Source: Microgenomates group bacterium GW2011_GWC1_46_15 (lineage in GTDB: Bacteria > Patescibacteriota > Microgenomatia > UBA1400 > UBA12028). Taken from it: 64,000 bases of DNA. The DNA lies in assembly GCA_001002285.1 (NCBI GenBank), contig LCLX01000002.1, positions 131,827-195,826 of the forward strand, in the 5' to 3' direction. A program made the translations under genes and the position numbers. Positions 18,939 to 28,428 of the stretch are shown here, one piece after another. The first letter of the stretch is position 1. Each line of letters opens with the position of its first letter. The notes below the pieces were generated by a model. That model was not told the DNA's origin. It did no database searches and worked only from the letters and a program-made list of their open reading frames with translations.

Positions 18939-19650
18939 TTATTGTACCCTACTTGCGACAACCAATGCGAGAAGTGCTCGTGCAATCTGAGGATCAAGTT
19001 GTGTTAATCCAAGAACATGTTTATCTTTTTCTTCAGGAGAAAGGTGGCGTAGCGGCCGAAGGGTTTGTTCAGTTGAGTAATATCTATCCATAATGCTTCC
19101 CTCGCCTTTTATATTTTGAGGAAGCCGATAATATCGCGTGGGTCTATTTCTTTCGTTCTTTTGTATTGTTGCATCTAATGTAGCCCACAATGACACTGGA
19201 TGAGGAATATGATGATAGATGAGTGACGAAAGATGTCTACCAATATTAAGAACATCACGCGGAGCAGAACGTGGACTCATATTTCCTACCATTCCTGTAA
19301 GCACTTCAATCCCATTTGAGGCTCCACCGCTTCCATTAACATTGTGTTGGAGTATATGCGGATCAAGATCTAGGGGTCGCTGACGATAAAAATCACCTTT
19401 AACTAATGTTGTGTAAAGTAAAACAAACCACCATACATCAGCAAACTCTTTTGTAGTTTCTTATTGAAACCAACTCCCTAAAGACTGTTGAATTTTCCGT
19501 GGATCTTCTGGCGTAAACAACGGCATATATGCCAGCCTATCTTTTTTAACCAGCGAACGTCAACGAGTACTTTCTGTATCAAACACTAGTTGCGGTGGAG
19601 TAAAACGAAGAAAAACACTGCGGATAGTATGTTGCGCGGTTAGCTCCGTC
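18939..19650 (-). pseudogene. decayed C-terminal lobe of a Hanks-type Ser/Thr protein kinase
   Basis: Minus-strand frame reads ...ADVWWFVLLYTTLVKGDFYRQRP (subdomain IX DVWS.G..LYEL..G..PF) ... SPRSAPRDVLNIGRHLSSLIYHHIPHPVSLW (subdomain XI DP.kR...evL.HPw); a TAA sits immediately upstream of the DVWW motif, a degenerate AYMPLFTPE (APE-like) lies in another frame, and no room or sequence remains for the N-lobe, HRD or DFG. Confidence 0.3.
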
Positions 19651-19655
19651 GCTTG

Positions 19656-21293
19656 TTACGCGGGGTCTTGTGTGTACGATCTTCCGGCACGAATTGCCTC
19701 TTCTGCTTTTTGCAGTTCCAATCCAATGTACATCATGTGCCCAGGCTCAAGAATGTAGTCCCAATCGGTAATTTGCCACGCAACTTCTTGCGCGGTACGC
19801 CCCTCAAAAATCTTGATCGCCGGTCCGCTGTCCGGCTCAAACAGCGTCGCACGGATAAGGCGGCCAGTATTTTTTGGCATTGTCGGTAATGTTTTTGCCA
19901 CTGCGTACGGAATCGACTGCGTTTTGTATTTTTGTGCAAATGCCGGCCATACATACGCTTCGCTTTCTTTAATCACTTCGACAATGACGTTCCCGCGCGG
20001 GTCAAATCCAAAATGCACCGCGGGTGTATACCCCAACTCTTTTTCGTAGTGCTCCATCAACAAATTATCAACCAATCCAAAATCATCGGCATACATGTGC
20101 GCCGAGTGCGTAATCATCGTGAGCGGGCCCATCTTCATCCCAGCAGAGTCGGCGATATCTTTTTGGAGTTTGCGCAGGGCAAACGTGTTGCGCGGCCACC
20201 CATGCACCATGTCCTGCGACCGGAAGTGCGCGGTAAAGAAAAACTTGTTGTCCTGCACCGAACCCAACACCATCACTAAACACGGTGTGTCACCTTTATT
20301 GACTTCGTTCCAATCACGTTTTGGATCCATGGTGGTTGCGACCATTTTTTTGCTGTCCTGGCGGGTTTTGAGCAACTCTTTCATCGCCAAAATTTGATCA
20401 ACTCCAAGATCCACGCGCATACGTTTTCCATAGTTGTATGCAACCCCAGGAATCTGGCGACTCGTGAGTATTTCCGCGTAGTACGCTTCCAACTCAACGC
20501 GCGTAAATGGCAGATACTCGGGAAAATAAATATCGTCAGGATTTTCGTCAGTAATCACCGCGGTCAAGTTTAAAATTTCTTTGAGTGAGTTGTCCTGGCT
20601 GTACCGCGTGTGTTTTGGCCGCCCATATTTTTGAATTTCATTCAACAGATTAAGCCAAGTTTTTGCAACTTTTGGCGCGCTCACACGGAAACCTGTTTGT
20701 TCCGACGGCATCGTACGCACTGTTACGCCCGCCTTTGGAAATGTGCGTGTTTTTGCCGAAAACGGTTCAATTGGAGTCGCAGAAAGTTCTTTGACTTTGG
20801 CGACAAAATCTGTTGCTTGCCTGCCACGCATATCCACCACATCCACAACTTTGCGGAACTCTTCCAACATATCATCCGGAATTTCTTTTTCGATTTCACC
20901 GCGCGCCGCGACAATCTTGCGTGATGTTTCATCAACGCCCTTTTGTTTGAGCATGAGAAGCGAGTGGCCAGAAAGCGACATTTCCGCACCCCATAGGATA
21001 ATGACACGAATATGCGGGTTGGCGAAAATGTTCCGAATCATCGCGTTAATCCCCTGCCCACTGTAGAGATTACCAACCGTGTTATACTCCACATCTTTGA
21101 GCAGTGTTTCAATCACCTGCCGTTCGGTCCACAAACAACACACCGCAACGTGGTGGCGTGGATTCTTGACTTTGAGAATGTCTTTATAGAGGAGGGGCCA
21201 ATTGGAAAGATCAATCGCCAATGATACGGACCGTTTTGATTTTGCTGATTTAGACTGTTTTTTCGGAAGTTTCGTCTTTTTCACATTCGGCAT
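19656..21293 (-). CDS. thyA: thymidylate-synthase (ThyA)-family protein with about 200-aa N-terminal extension
   Basis: C-terminal 340 aa align with ThyA landmarks: YGKRMR (YGKQWR), DQILAMKELLKTRQDSKKMV (DQI..V...LK.DP.SRRII), PCLVMV (PCH nucleophile), FRSQDMVHGWPRNTFALRKL ([21 protein letters not shown]), HSAHMY (GDAHLY); the N-terminal Lys-rich segment plus unknown domain (aa 1-205) has no DHFR motifs. Confidence 0.7.
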   Translation of the reverse strand: MPNVKKTKLPKKQSKSAKSKRSVSLAIDLSNWPLLYKDILKVKNPRHHVAVCCLWTERQVIETLLKDVEYNTVGNLYSGQGINAMIRNIFANPHIRVIILWGAEMSLSGHSLLMLKQKGVDETSRKIVAARGEIEKEIPDDMLEEFRKVVDVVDMRGRQATDFVAKVKELSATPIEPFSAKTRTFPKAGVTVRTMPSEQTGFRVSAPKVAKTWLNLLNEIQKYGRPKHTRYSQDNSLKEILNLTAVITDENPDDIYFPEYLPFTRVELEAYYAEILTSRQIPGVAYNYGKRMRVDLGVDQILAMKELLKTRQDSKKMVATTMDPKRDWNEVNKGDTPCLVMVLGSVQDNKFFFTAHFRSQDMVHGWPRNTFALRKLQKDIADSAGMKMGPLTMITHSAHMYADDFGLVDNLLMEHYEKELGYTPAVHFGFDPRGNVIVEVIKESEAYVWPAFAQKYKTQSIPYAVAKTLPTMPKNTGRLIRATLFEPDSGPAIKIFEGRTAQEVAWQITDWDYILEPGHMMYIGLELQKAEEAIRAGRSYTQDPA

Positions 21294-21445
21294 ACGCTAG
21301 AGCATAGCGGAAGAGAGAAAAACGATCAAGTGCTGGTTATTGATTTTTCTCCGCAAAAAGCTCAAGAATTATATAGACATATGTTCATGTTTGATCTTCT
21401 TTGTTATCTTGCCCAAAAAAGAAAGCGCGGTATAGTAGATAAACC

Positions 21446-21793
21446 ATGCTCACCCCTCAGGACCTCAATGATATTCGCCAGATTGTAACCCCGATCGTAA
21501 CTGAACAAGTCGGATTGTCAGAGAATCGGCTTCGAAAGGATATTGTTTCCTCGATTGCTTCTTCTGAAGGAAAACTGCATAAAGAGATTGTTGCTTCCGA
21601 AGAGAAACTTCGAGGCGCAATTGTTGCTTCCGAAGTTAAACTCCGTAAGGAAATTGTTTCTAAAATCCGATCGGAACATCAAAGAACCAGAACAACAATC
21701 AATGAAGTAACTGGGTTTTTTGACAGGATCGTAGTTGGGCACGACACAAAGTTTAAGAAACTTGAGCACTATCTTGGGATTTCATTGTCTTAG
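21446..21793 (+). CDS. hypothetical protein with three 11-aa amphipathic repeats
   Basis: EGKLHKEIVAS / EEKLRGAIVAS / EVKLRKEIVSK encoded by 33-bp tandem repeats. Confidence 0.4.
   Translation: MLTPQDLNDIRQIVTPIVTEQVGLSENRLRKDIVSSIASSEGKLHKEIVASEEKLRGAIVASEVKLRKEIVSKIRSEHQRTRTTINEVTGFFDRIVVGHDTKFKKLEHYLGISLS
21566..21664 (+). repeat. 3 x 33-bp tandem repeat inside the CDS (coordinates +/-2)
   Basis: gaaggaaaactgcataaagagattgttgcttcc / gaagagaaacttcgaggcgcaattgttgcttcc / gaagttaaactccgtaaggaaattgtttctaaa. Confidence 0.7.
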
Positions 21794-21805
21794 TTTCACT
21801 TCCTA

Positions 21806-22366
21806 TTACTTTTCAAAATCCATCCAAATTTTGGATGGCGTTGGCGGATCCTGATCCTGGTATTTGTTTGAAGATTTCGCGTAATTCACATCAACCGGCG
21901 AACTCATCTGCAAAAAGGCGATCTGTGCGACCCGCATGCCCGCGTAAATTTTAATCGGGATATTACTGATGTTACTCATTTCAAACGTGAGGTATCCGGA
22001 AAATCCAGGTTGTACAAAACTCGCGGTGGCGTGAATGATCAACCCAATGCGGCCAAGCGAAGAACGACCTTCCAACAAACCGATCAAATCATTGGGAAGC
22101 GTGATTACCTCCCCCGTTGAACCAAGCACGAATTCGCGTGGATGAATCACGATGGACCCGTCTTTTGCACTTGCCTTCACAAGCTCTGTCACATCAAATG
22201 GAACTTTCACATCAATATGTGTGTGAGAGTTATTACGGAACACGCGGAAGTTTTCGTGGAGCGTGAGATCAATCGCCGCAGGGCGGATATGCTCGTCTTT
22301 AAGCGGATTAATAACAATTTTTTTCTGATTGAGATACGCACGGATGTCGCGGTCGGAAAGAACCAT
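21806..22366 (-). CDS. dcd: dCTP deaminase
   Basis: MVLSDRDI...PAAIDLTL...dUTPase-fold motifs GRSSLGRIGL and GFSGYLTFE. Confidence 0.85.
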   Translation of the reverse strand: MVLSDRDIRAYLNQKKIVINPLKDEHIRPAAIDLTLHENFRVFRNNSHTHIDVKVPFDVTELVKASAKDGSIVIHPREFVLGSTGEVITLPNDLIGLLEGRSSLGRIGLIIHATASFVQPGFSGYLTFEMSNISNIPIKIYAGMRVAQIAFLQMSSPVDVNYAKSSNKYQDQDPPTPSKIWMDFEK

Positions 22367-22423
22367 AGGGGCATAGTACCAAGGGCGTACGCGAAAAGCA
22401 ACGGAAGATTGTGCCATGAAAAA

Positions 22424-24508
22424 TTATATCTTTTCTTGCTGTTCCACTTCGCCCTCTTGCACAGAATCAGCTGATTCTTTTGTTGGCGTAAGCACCGGCG
22501 TTAGCGTATCGCCACCCGGCAACTCAGGCTTTTTCCAACTCGCAAAACTGCATTCCGGATAGCGGGAGCATCCATAAAAAGGAATTCCCTTGCGCGTACG
22601 TTTGATGACGATATCACCCTCATGACATGTAGGACACTTCATGTCGCCAAGTTTCTCAACAAGTTTCGCGGTGTACTTACACTCCGGAAAACGCGAGCAA
22701 CTGATAAACCGACCGAATCTTCCTGAGCGGATCACTAACTTCCCTTCTTTGCACTCGGGGCAACTTTCGCCCGTTTCTTCAACGGGAACCTGTGTGCGTT
22801 CCGCGTCTTTTGTTACTTCTTTCACATTTTTTTGGAACGGAGTAAAAAACGCACGGACAATCGCTTTCCATTTTTTCTCACCACGCGCAATTGCATCCAA
22901 GTCGTCTTCCATATCGGCCGTAAATTGATAGTCCAACTCTTTTGGAAAGTTCTTCACGAGAAAATCACTCACCGTCGTGCCAATTGCGCTGGGGATAAAC
23001 GCTTTTTCTTTGCGTTCAACGTATCCACGATCAAGAATCACGCTGATAATGCTGGCGTATGTACTCGGACGGCCGATCCCCAACTTCTCGAGTGTTTTCA
23101 CTAAGGAAGCATCGTTGTACCGTGCCGGCGGCTCGGTAAACTTTTGGAGCGCCTGCACATCTTTGTACTCCAACTTCTGGCCATCTTTAACATCCGGCAG
23201 TTGTGTATCGCCGTCGTTTGGAAACAACTTCATCCATCCATCAAACTGTAGTACCGAACCCGAAGTGCGCAATGTGTAGTCGTCGTCTCCTTTTACAGTC
23301 ACCGTTGTTTGGCTATAAATCGCCGCTTCCATTTGCGATGCAACAAATCGTTTCCAAATTAGCTCATATAACTTTTGATGTTTGGGGTCGGCGGCACTTC
23401 CCTCGTTTGGAGTTCGGATAGAAGCATCGGTTGGGCGAATTGCCTCGTGTGCCTCTTGTGCATTTTTGCTTGTTTTTTTGAAGACTCTTGGCTCATTGGG
23501 CAGATATTTTTTACCAAACTCCGTTGTAATGAGACCGCGCGCCATCTCGACTGCTTGTGTGGAAAGTATGACCGCGTCTGTTCTGTGGTACGTGATAAAT
23601 CCTTCTTCGTAGAGTTGCTGCGCGATCATCATTGTTTGCTTTGCGCTCCACCCCAAGCGGTTGGCGGCAGCTTGCTGGAGGGTTGAGGTGGTAAACGGCG
23701 CCAAACTTACACGCGTGCGCTCTGTTTGCTCAACAGCGGACACTGTATACGCGGCTTTTTTTAACCCCTCTAGCACGTGGTCAACATCTTTTTTCGATGT
23801 TGGCTCGTATGGTTTTCCTTTCACTTCTGTAAGGCGGAGCGAAAGATCTTTACTGTCGCTTGTTTGCGCCAGCACAGTAACTTCCCAATACTCTTCCGGC
23901 TTAAACGCAAGAATTTCTTTCTCACGTTCAACAATAAGGCGCAAAGCTACTGACTGTACGCGTCCTGCAGAAAGTCCGCGGCGCACTTTTTTCCACAATA
24001 CCGGCGACAACATGTATCCAACAAGCCGATCGACAACACGCCGTGCCTGCTGGGCATCAACAAGGTCCATGTTAATCGTTCCGGAATGTTCGATCGCCAC
24101 ATCTACCGCACTCTTTGTGATTTCATGGAATGTGGATCGGACAAACTCTGGGCCTTTTTTCTTCGTTGTCGTTTTTGTTGTTTTTGGTGGATTTTTTGTC
24201 GAACTTTTTGCTGATCCATGGAGCAAAAATTGCAAATGCCAAGCAATGGCTTCACCTTCGCGGTCGGGGTCTGTCGCGAGATACACTTTATCGGCAGATG
24301 CAACCAGTTTTTTTAACTTTGCAACAATCGCTGTTTTTCCTTCGCTGATTTCGTACTTTGGTTCAAAATCCGCGTCAACATCAACACCGAGTGTAGACTT
24401 TGGCAAATCGCGGACGTGGCCCATACTTGCTTCCACGGAAAAATCCTTCCCCAAAAATTGGGAAAGTTTTTTTGCTTTGGTTGGAGACTCAACAAGAACG
24501 AGATGCAT
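22424..24508 (-). CDS. topA: DNA topoisomerase I
   Basis: TOPRIM start MHLVLVESPTKAKKL, catalytic-Tyr region and C-terminal C4 zinc ribbons (CPECKEGK..., CPTCHEGD...). Confidence 0.95.
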   Translation of the reverse strand: MHLVLVESPTKAKKLSQFLGKDFSVEASMGHVRDLPKSTLGVDVDADFEPKYEISEGKTAIVAKLKKLVASADKVYLATDPDREGEAIAWHLQFLLHGSAKSSTKNPPKTTKTTTKKKGPEFVRSTFHEITKSAVDVAIEHSGTINMDLVDAQQARRVVDRLVGYMLSPVLWKKVRRGLSAGRVQSVALRLIVEREKEILAFKPEEYWEVTVLAQTSDSKDLSLRLTEVKGKPYEPTSKKDVDHVLEGLKKAAYTVSAVEQTERTRVSLAPFTTSTLQQAAANRLGWSAKQTMMIAQQLYEEGFITYHRTDAVILSTQAVEMARGLITTEFGKKYLPNEPRVFKKTSKNAQEAHEAIRPTDASIRTPNEGSAADPKHQKLYELIWKRFVASQMEAAIYSQTTVTVKGDDDYTLRTSGSVLQFDGWMKLFPNDGDTQLPDVKDGQKLEYKDVQALQKFTEPPARYNDASLVKTLEKLGIGRPSTYASIISVILDRGYVERKEKAFIPSAIGTTVSDFLVKNFPKELDYQFTADMEDDLDAIARGEKKWKAIVRAFFTPFQKNVKEVTKDAERTQVPVEETGESCPECKEGKLVIRSGRFGRFISCSRFPECKYTAKLVEKLGDMKCPTCHEGDIVIKRTRKGIPFYGCSRYPECSFASWKKPELPGGDTLTPVLTPTKESADSVQEGEVEQQEKI

Positions 24509-24577
24509 AGTCCGAATGTGTTCCAGTGTATATCACGCAAACCGCAATTGTACACAGTTCATTTTTATATTGATGTT

Positions 24578-25492
24578 TTAGCGTCCGCGCATCATATACT
24601 GCCCACCGCTTACTCTATCTATAATCCCCTCAAGTTCGAGTTCACCAACGAAGCGTTGAACTTCGGATAGTGAAAGGGTGCTTTGCTCGACAATAGCATC
24701 AATATCTATGAGGGTAGACTGCTGAATGATTTCAACGATGCGCGCTTTTGGATTTGCTTGTTGTGTGCCGGTAAACAAGCGTTGTTGCTCTCTGTTTTGA
24801 TCTGCCGTCTTTTCTGCTGAAATCGTGGTGTACTCTACTGGGAGATCTTCTAAAATATCCTGTACCGTTGTTACAAGTTTTGCGCCGGTGTTTACCAACG
24901 CTTTAATGCCATCAGCGTATGGACTGGTAATCGGACCCGACACCGCAAACACCGACCGGCCATACTCTGCGGCAAAACCTGCGGTAATGTGCGTACCCGA
25001 ACGCTCCCCCGCCTCAATCACAAGAACGCCAAGCGAAAGACCCGCGATAATGCGGTTTCTCCGCCGGAATCTGTGTTTAAGCGGTGGTGTTCCGCGCGGA
25101 AACTCGGAAACAAGTGTGCCGCCGAAAGATATGATCTTTTGCGCGAGTGGAATATGTGTGGCGGGCTGGATTTGATTAAGTCCACCCGCTAATACACCAA
25201 TTGTTTTTCCACCATACTTGAGCGCGGCTTCGTGCGCGCGACCATCAACTCCTAATGCTAGGCCTGACACGATGCAAAAACCGCACGCAATGAGTCCGCG
25301 GACAAAATAATCGGTTGCGTACGCGCCATATGCTGTCATGTTCCGCGTACCAATCACCGCGATTGGTTTAGGAAACGATGAAGGATGAGCTCCTTGCCAG
25401 AACAAGCGCCGCGGGTGGTCATTAAGCGGAACCAGTAAAGCAGGATATTCACGGCTACCACTCGCAACATACCACTCGTTTGCTACCAACAT
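24578..25492 (-). CDS. dprA: DNA-processing protein DprA (Smf)
   Basis: Rossmann-like DprA core: IVSGLALGVDGRAHEAAL...GTPPLKHRFRRRNRIIAGLS...VIEAGERSG. Confidence 0.85.
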   Translation of the reverse strand: MLVANEWYVASGSREYPALLVPLNDHPRRLFWQGAHPSSFPKPIAVIGTRNMTAYGAYATDYFVRGLIACGFCIVSGLALGVDGRAHEAALKYGGKTIGVLAGGLNQIQPATHIPLAQKIISFGGTLVSEFPRGTPPLKHRFRRRNRIIAGLSLGVLVIEAGERSGTHITAGFAAEYGRSVFAVSGPITSPYADGIKALVNTGAKLVTTVQDILEDLPVEYTTISAEKTADQNREQQRLFTGTQQANPKARIVEIIQQSTLIDIDAIVEQSTLSLSEVQRFVGELELEGIIDRVSGGQYMMRGR

Positions 25493-25568
25493 ATAGAAAG
25501 AAGTGTACGTGCGGAATCAAACAATCAGCGAACGAAAAGGAAACTGCTTTAGGAACTTCGAAAGGTTT

Positions 25569-27203
25569 TTACTTCTTCCTCCCAAACCACTCCATCAATA
25601 ACGCCTTCGCAATCGGCCCAGCGTCGCGCGACCCTTCCTGAAACTGCACGTCCTCATTGCTTTCCACCAACACCGTTACCACAATCTCGGGGTTCTTCGA
25701 CGGCGCCATCACGGTTAACCACCCATGTGTCTTGCGCCTCCCCTGCTCATCTTTTGCTCCAACCTCGGAAGTCCCCGTTTTGCACGCCGCCATCACTGGC
25801 TTGCCGTCAAAAAATGGAAACGCTGTTCCGCCGGAGGCACACGCCGCTTTCATTCCATCCAAAACTAATCGCAGCGCCGTTGAATCAATATCCAAATCAG
25901 TACACTGTTTTTTTGTCGTCTTGAGCAGATGTGGAACACACCACACACCGCCATTCGCCAGTGCGGCGGTCATTTGATTCAGCTGAATTGGTGTGACCGA
26001 CACGTCGCCCTGTCCAATTCCCATGTGATATGTGTCCCCTAAGTACCATTTCTCACCAAGGCTGCTTTCTTTCCATTGCGGGTCGGGAATAAGCCCGGCA
26101 GACTCTCCATATAGCTCGATGCCTGTTGGCACACCAAGATGAAATATCCGGGCCATGCGGGCAATGTCTTCCGCCCCCGTCCACTCTGCGGTTTTGTAGA
26201 AAAAAATATCGTTGCTTCTTTGCAACGCGCGGACAATATTAAGCTCACCCTCTTTGCGTCCATACTGCCGGAAGTACCAGTTGCCAAACGTTGATCCACC
26301 AACCAACAACTCTCCCTCATCGTCAACGAGTGTGTCTTCTTTCACAACACCTTTGATCAAACCCGCCAGCGCAGTCATCAGCTTAAACGTTGAACCTGGA
26401 GGATACGTTCCATTGATTGCGCGGTTTAGCATCGGCGATGCCTCATCTTTAACCGCTTCCGCAAGTTTTGTTGGATCAAACGACGGGCTACTCACCAACA
26501 CTAGTACTTCACCCGTCCGTGGGTCAGAAGCAACAACCGCCCCCTTTTTCCCAGCCAAGAGTTCGTACACTTTTGCAGAGAGGCTCGCGTCAATTGTTAA
26601 AGTAGTATCGTATCCAGCAATGGGTTTTTCAGTATAAATGGAGCGCAGAATGTTTCCTTTTGCATCCATCTCAAACACTTCTTTCCCCCAGGTTCCAGCA
26701 AGAGCGTTTTGTAACACGCGTTCAAGTCCAAGTTTGCCGACACTTTCACCGATAAACCACTCTGGGTGGCTGGCTAAATCCTCCTGCGTAACTTCGCCAA
26801 TGTATCCCAACACACTAGAAAGCGCGGGACCATACGGATACGTTCGTTGCTGATCCAAGTACACATTTTTTTCGTCGTGCGCGAGCGAAGCGAGCGCGAT
26901 GCGTTCATCAATCGGTTCAAATGTAGGATATACACTGGACGCGGTTTCTGGCGTCGCGCGTTTATATACAGAAGTATTGCGGACTAATGAAACGCCAGTT
27001 CTGTCGAAAAATATCCCACGGGGAGCAGGAAGATTGCGGGTAAAAAAGCGGTTTTGATCGGCAAGGTCGCGAAACTCCCTGCCGCGAAGCACTTGCAACT
27101 CAAACAAACGTAAAACATACACCGCTGTCACGGAACATAACGCAACCGCAAGCACAAAATAAAGGATCTGCCATCGCCGTCCGGATATGTGCAGATCACC
27201 CAT
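25569..27203 (-). CDS. penicillin-binding protein 2-type transpeptidase (FtsI/MrdA family)
   Basis: N-terminal TM anchor, STFK (SxxK) and KTGT motifs of class B PBPs. Confidence 0.85.
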   Translation of the reverse strand: MGDLHISGRRWQILYFVLAVALCSVTAVYVLRLFELQVLRGREFRDLADQNRFFTRNLPAPRGIFFDRTGVSLVRNTSVYKRATPETASSVYPTFEPIDERIALASLAHDEKNVYLDQQRTYPYGPALSSVLGYIGEVTQEDLASHPEWFIGESVGKLGLERVLQNALAGTWGKEVFEMDAKGNILRSIYTEKPIAGYDTTLTIDASLSAKVYELLAGKKGAVVASDPRTGEVLVLVSSPSFDPTKLAEAVKDEASPMLNRAINGTYPPGSTFKLMTALAGLIKGVVKEDTLVDDEGELLVGGSTFGNWYFRQYGRKEGELNIVRALQRSNDIFFYKTAEWTGAEDIARMARIFHLGVPTGIELYGESAGLIPDPQWKESSLGEKWYLGDTYHMGIGQGDVSVTPIQLNQMTAALANGGVWCVPHLLKTTKKQCTDLDIDSTALRLVLDGMKAACASGGTAFPFFDGKPVMAACKTGTSEVGAKDEQGRRKTHGWLTVMAPSKNPEIVVTVLVESNEDVQFQEGSRDAGPIAKALLMEWFGRKK

Positions 27204-27221
27204 ACGCTCTCCTTTTTACAT

Positions 27222-28409
27222 TTACACAAACTTTCCGGAAACGCGGATGTGCTTGAGTAATGCGGGATTTTCCAACGCAATGCCGCACCCGCGCGCCACC
27301 GCCAAGTACGGTTCTGTCGCGGTCCATACCGGCATGTGCGACTCTTCCGCAAGCCGTTCTTCCAACCCGCGGAGCTGCGCACTCCCACCTGCTAACACAA
27401 TCCCATGTTTAAGAATATCCGCAACCAACTCGGGCGGCGTTTCTTCTAATGTCTCCATCACGCCAGTAATAATTTGTTGAATCACGGGTGAAAGTGCCTC
27501 GCGCAGTTCCCCACTCTGTACTTTGACCGACCGCGGCAATCCAGACTCTACATCACGGCCACGTACCACATGTTGATACATTAATTTTTCTGCGGCTTTT
27601 TTTTCTGCTATCTGTTTTGCTTCAGACCGCTTGCGTTTCTCCAAAACTCCCTTCATTTTTTCTGCGTCACCCTGCTTTACACCACCATCCTCTTCGGCCT
27701 GACCTTGCTCGAACGGGTACGCGCTTCCAATCGCAATCTTTGTCTGCTCCGCGGTTGTCTCACCAATGATCACGCCATACCGCGTACGCACAAACGAGGC
27801 CACCGTTTCATCCAACGCGTCGCCCGCCATGTGTAAAGATTTGCTCAATACAATCCCGCCAAGCGAAATCACTGCAATCTCGGTTGTCCCACCGCCAATA
27901 TCCACCACCATTCTTCCCTCTGGCTCAAGTACATTCAACCCTGCGCCAACCGCCGCAGCCATCGGCTCCTCAATGAGCCAAGCCTGTCCCGCGCCGGAAC
28001 CAACCGCCGCGGACTGCACCGCGCGCCGTTCTACTTCGGTAATACCGGATGGAATGCCAATCACAACTTTTGGTTTTGTTAAAAATGACAACGGATATGT
28101 ATCGCAGATGCGGTGAATATACACATCCAGCATCGCCTCCGCCGCTTCAAGGTCCGCGATTACTCCGTTACGCAGGGGCCGGATCACTTCAATTGCGTGC
28201 GGCGCTTTGCCAATCATCCGTTTTGCCTCACTGCCAACCGCCAAAATATCCCGTGTTTTGCGGCTGCGCGCGACAACCGACGGCTCCTGGAACAGGATCC
28301 CTCTGCCACGCACATACACCACGGTGTTTGCCGTGCCAAGATCAATGCCAATATCGGGTGGAATCAATGAAAAAAGTGACCGCGCGATCTCATGGACGTG
28401 TGTTTCCAT
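27222..28409 (-). CDS. mreB: rod shape-determining protein MreB with about 45-aa charged insertion
   Basis: DIGIDLGTANTVVYV...DIGGGTTE actin-fold motifs; extra EEDGGVKQGDAEKMKGVLEKRKRSEAKQIAEKKAAEK segment between conserved AYPFEQ and VVRGRDVESGLPR blocks. Confidence 0.9.
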   Translation of the reverse strand: METHVHEIARSLFSLIPPDIGIDLGTANTVVYVRGRGILFQEPSVVARSRKTRDILAVGSEAKRMIGKAPHAIEVIRPLRNGVIADLEAAEAMLDVYIHRICDTYPLSFLTKPKVVIGIPSGITEVERRAVQSAAVGSGAGQAWLIEEPMAAAVGAGLNVLEPEGRMVVDIGGGTTEIAVISLGGIVLSKSLHMAGDALDETVASFVRTRYGVIIGETTAEQTKIAIGSAYPFEQGQAEEDGGVKQGDAEKMKGVLEKRKRSEAKQIAEKKAAEKLMYQHVVRGRDVESGLPRSVKVQSGELREALSPVIQQIITGVMETLEETPPELVADILKHGIVLAGGSAQLRGLEERLAEESHMPVWTATEPYLAVARGCGIALENPALLKHIRVSGKFV

Positions 28410-28428
28410 ACTGTATAGTATAAACATT

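Noticed and set aside
23661-24581. 306-aa plus-strand ORF
   Set aside because: It is entirely antisense to topA and is Ser/Thr-rich; it is a shadow ORF.
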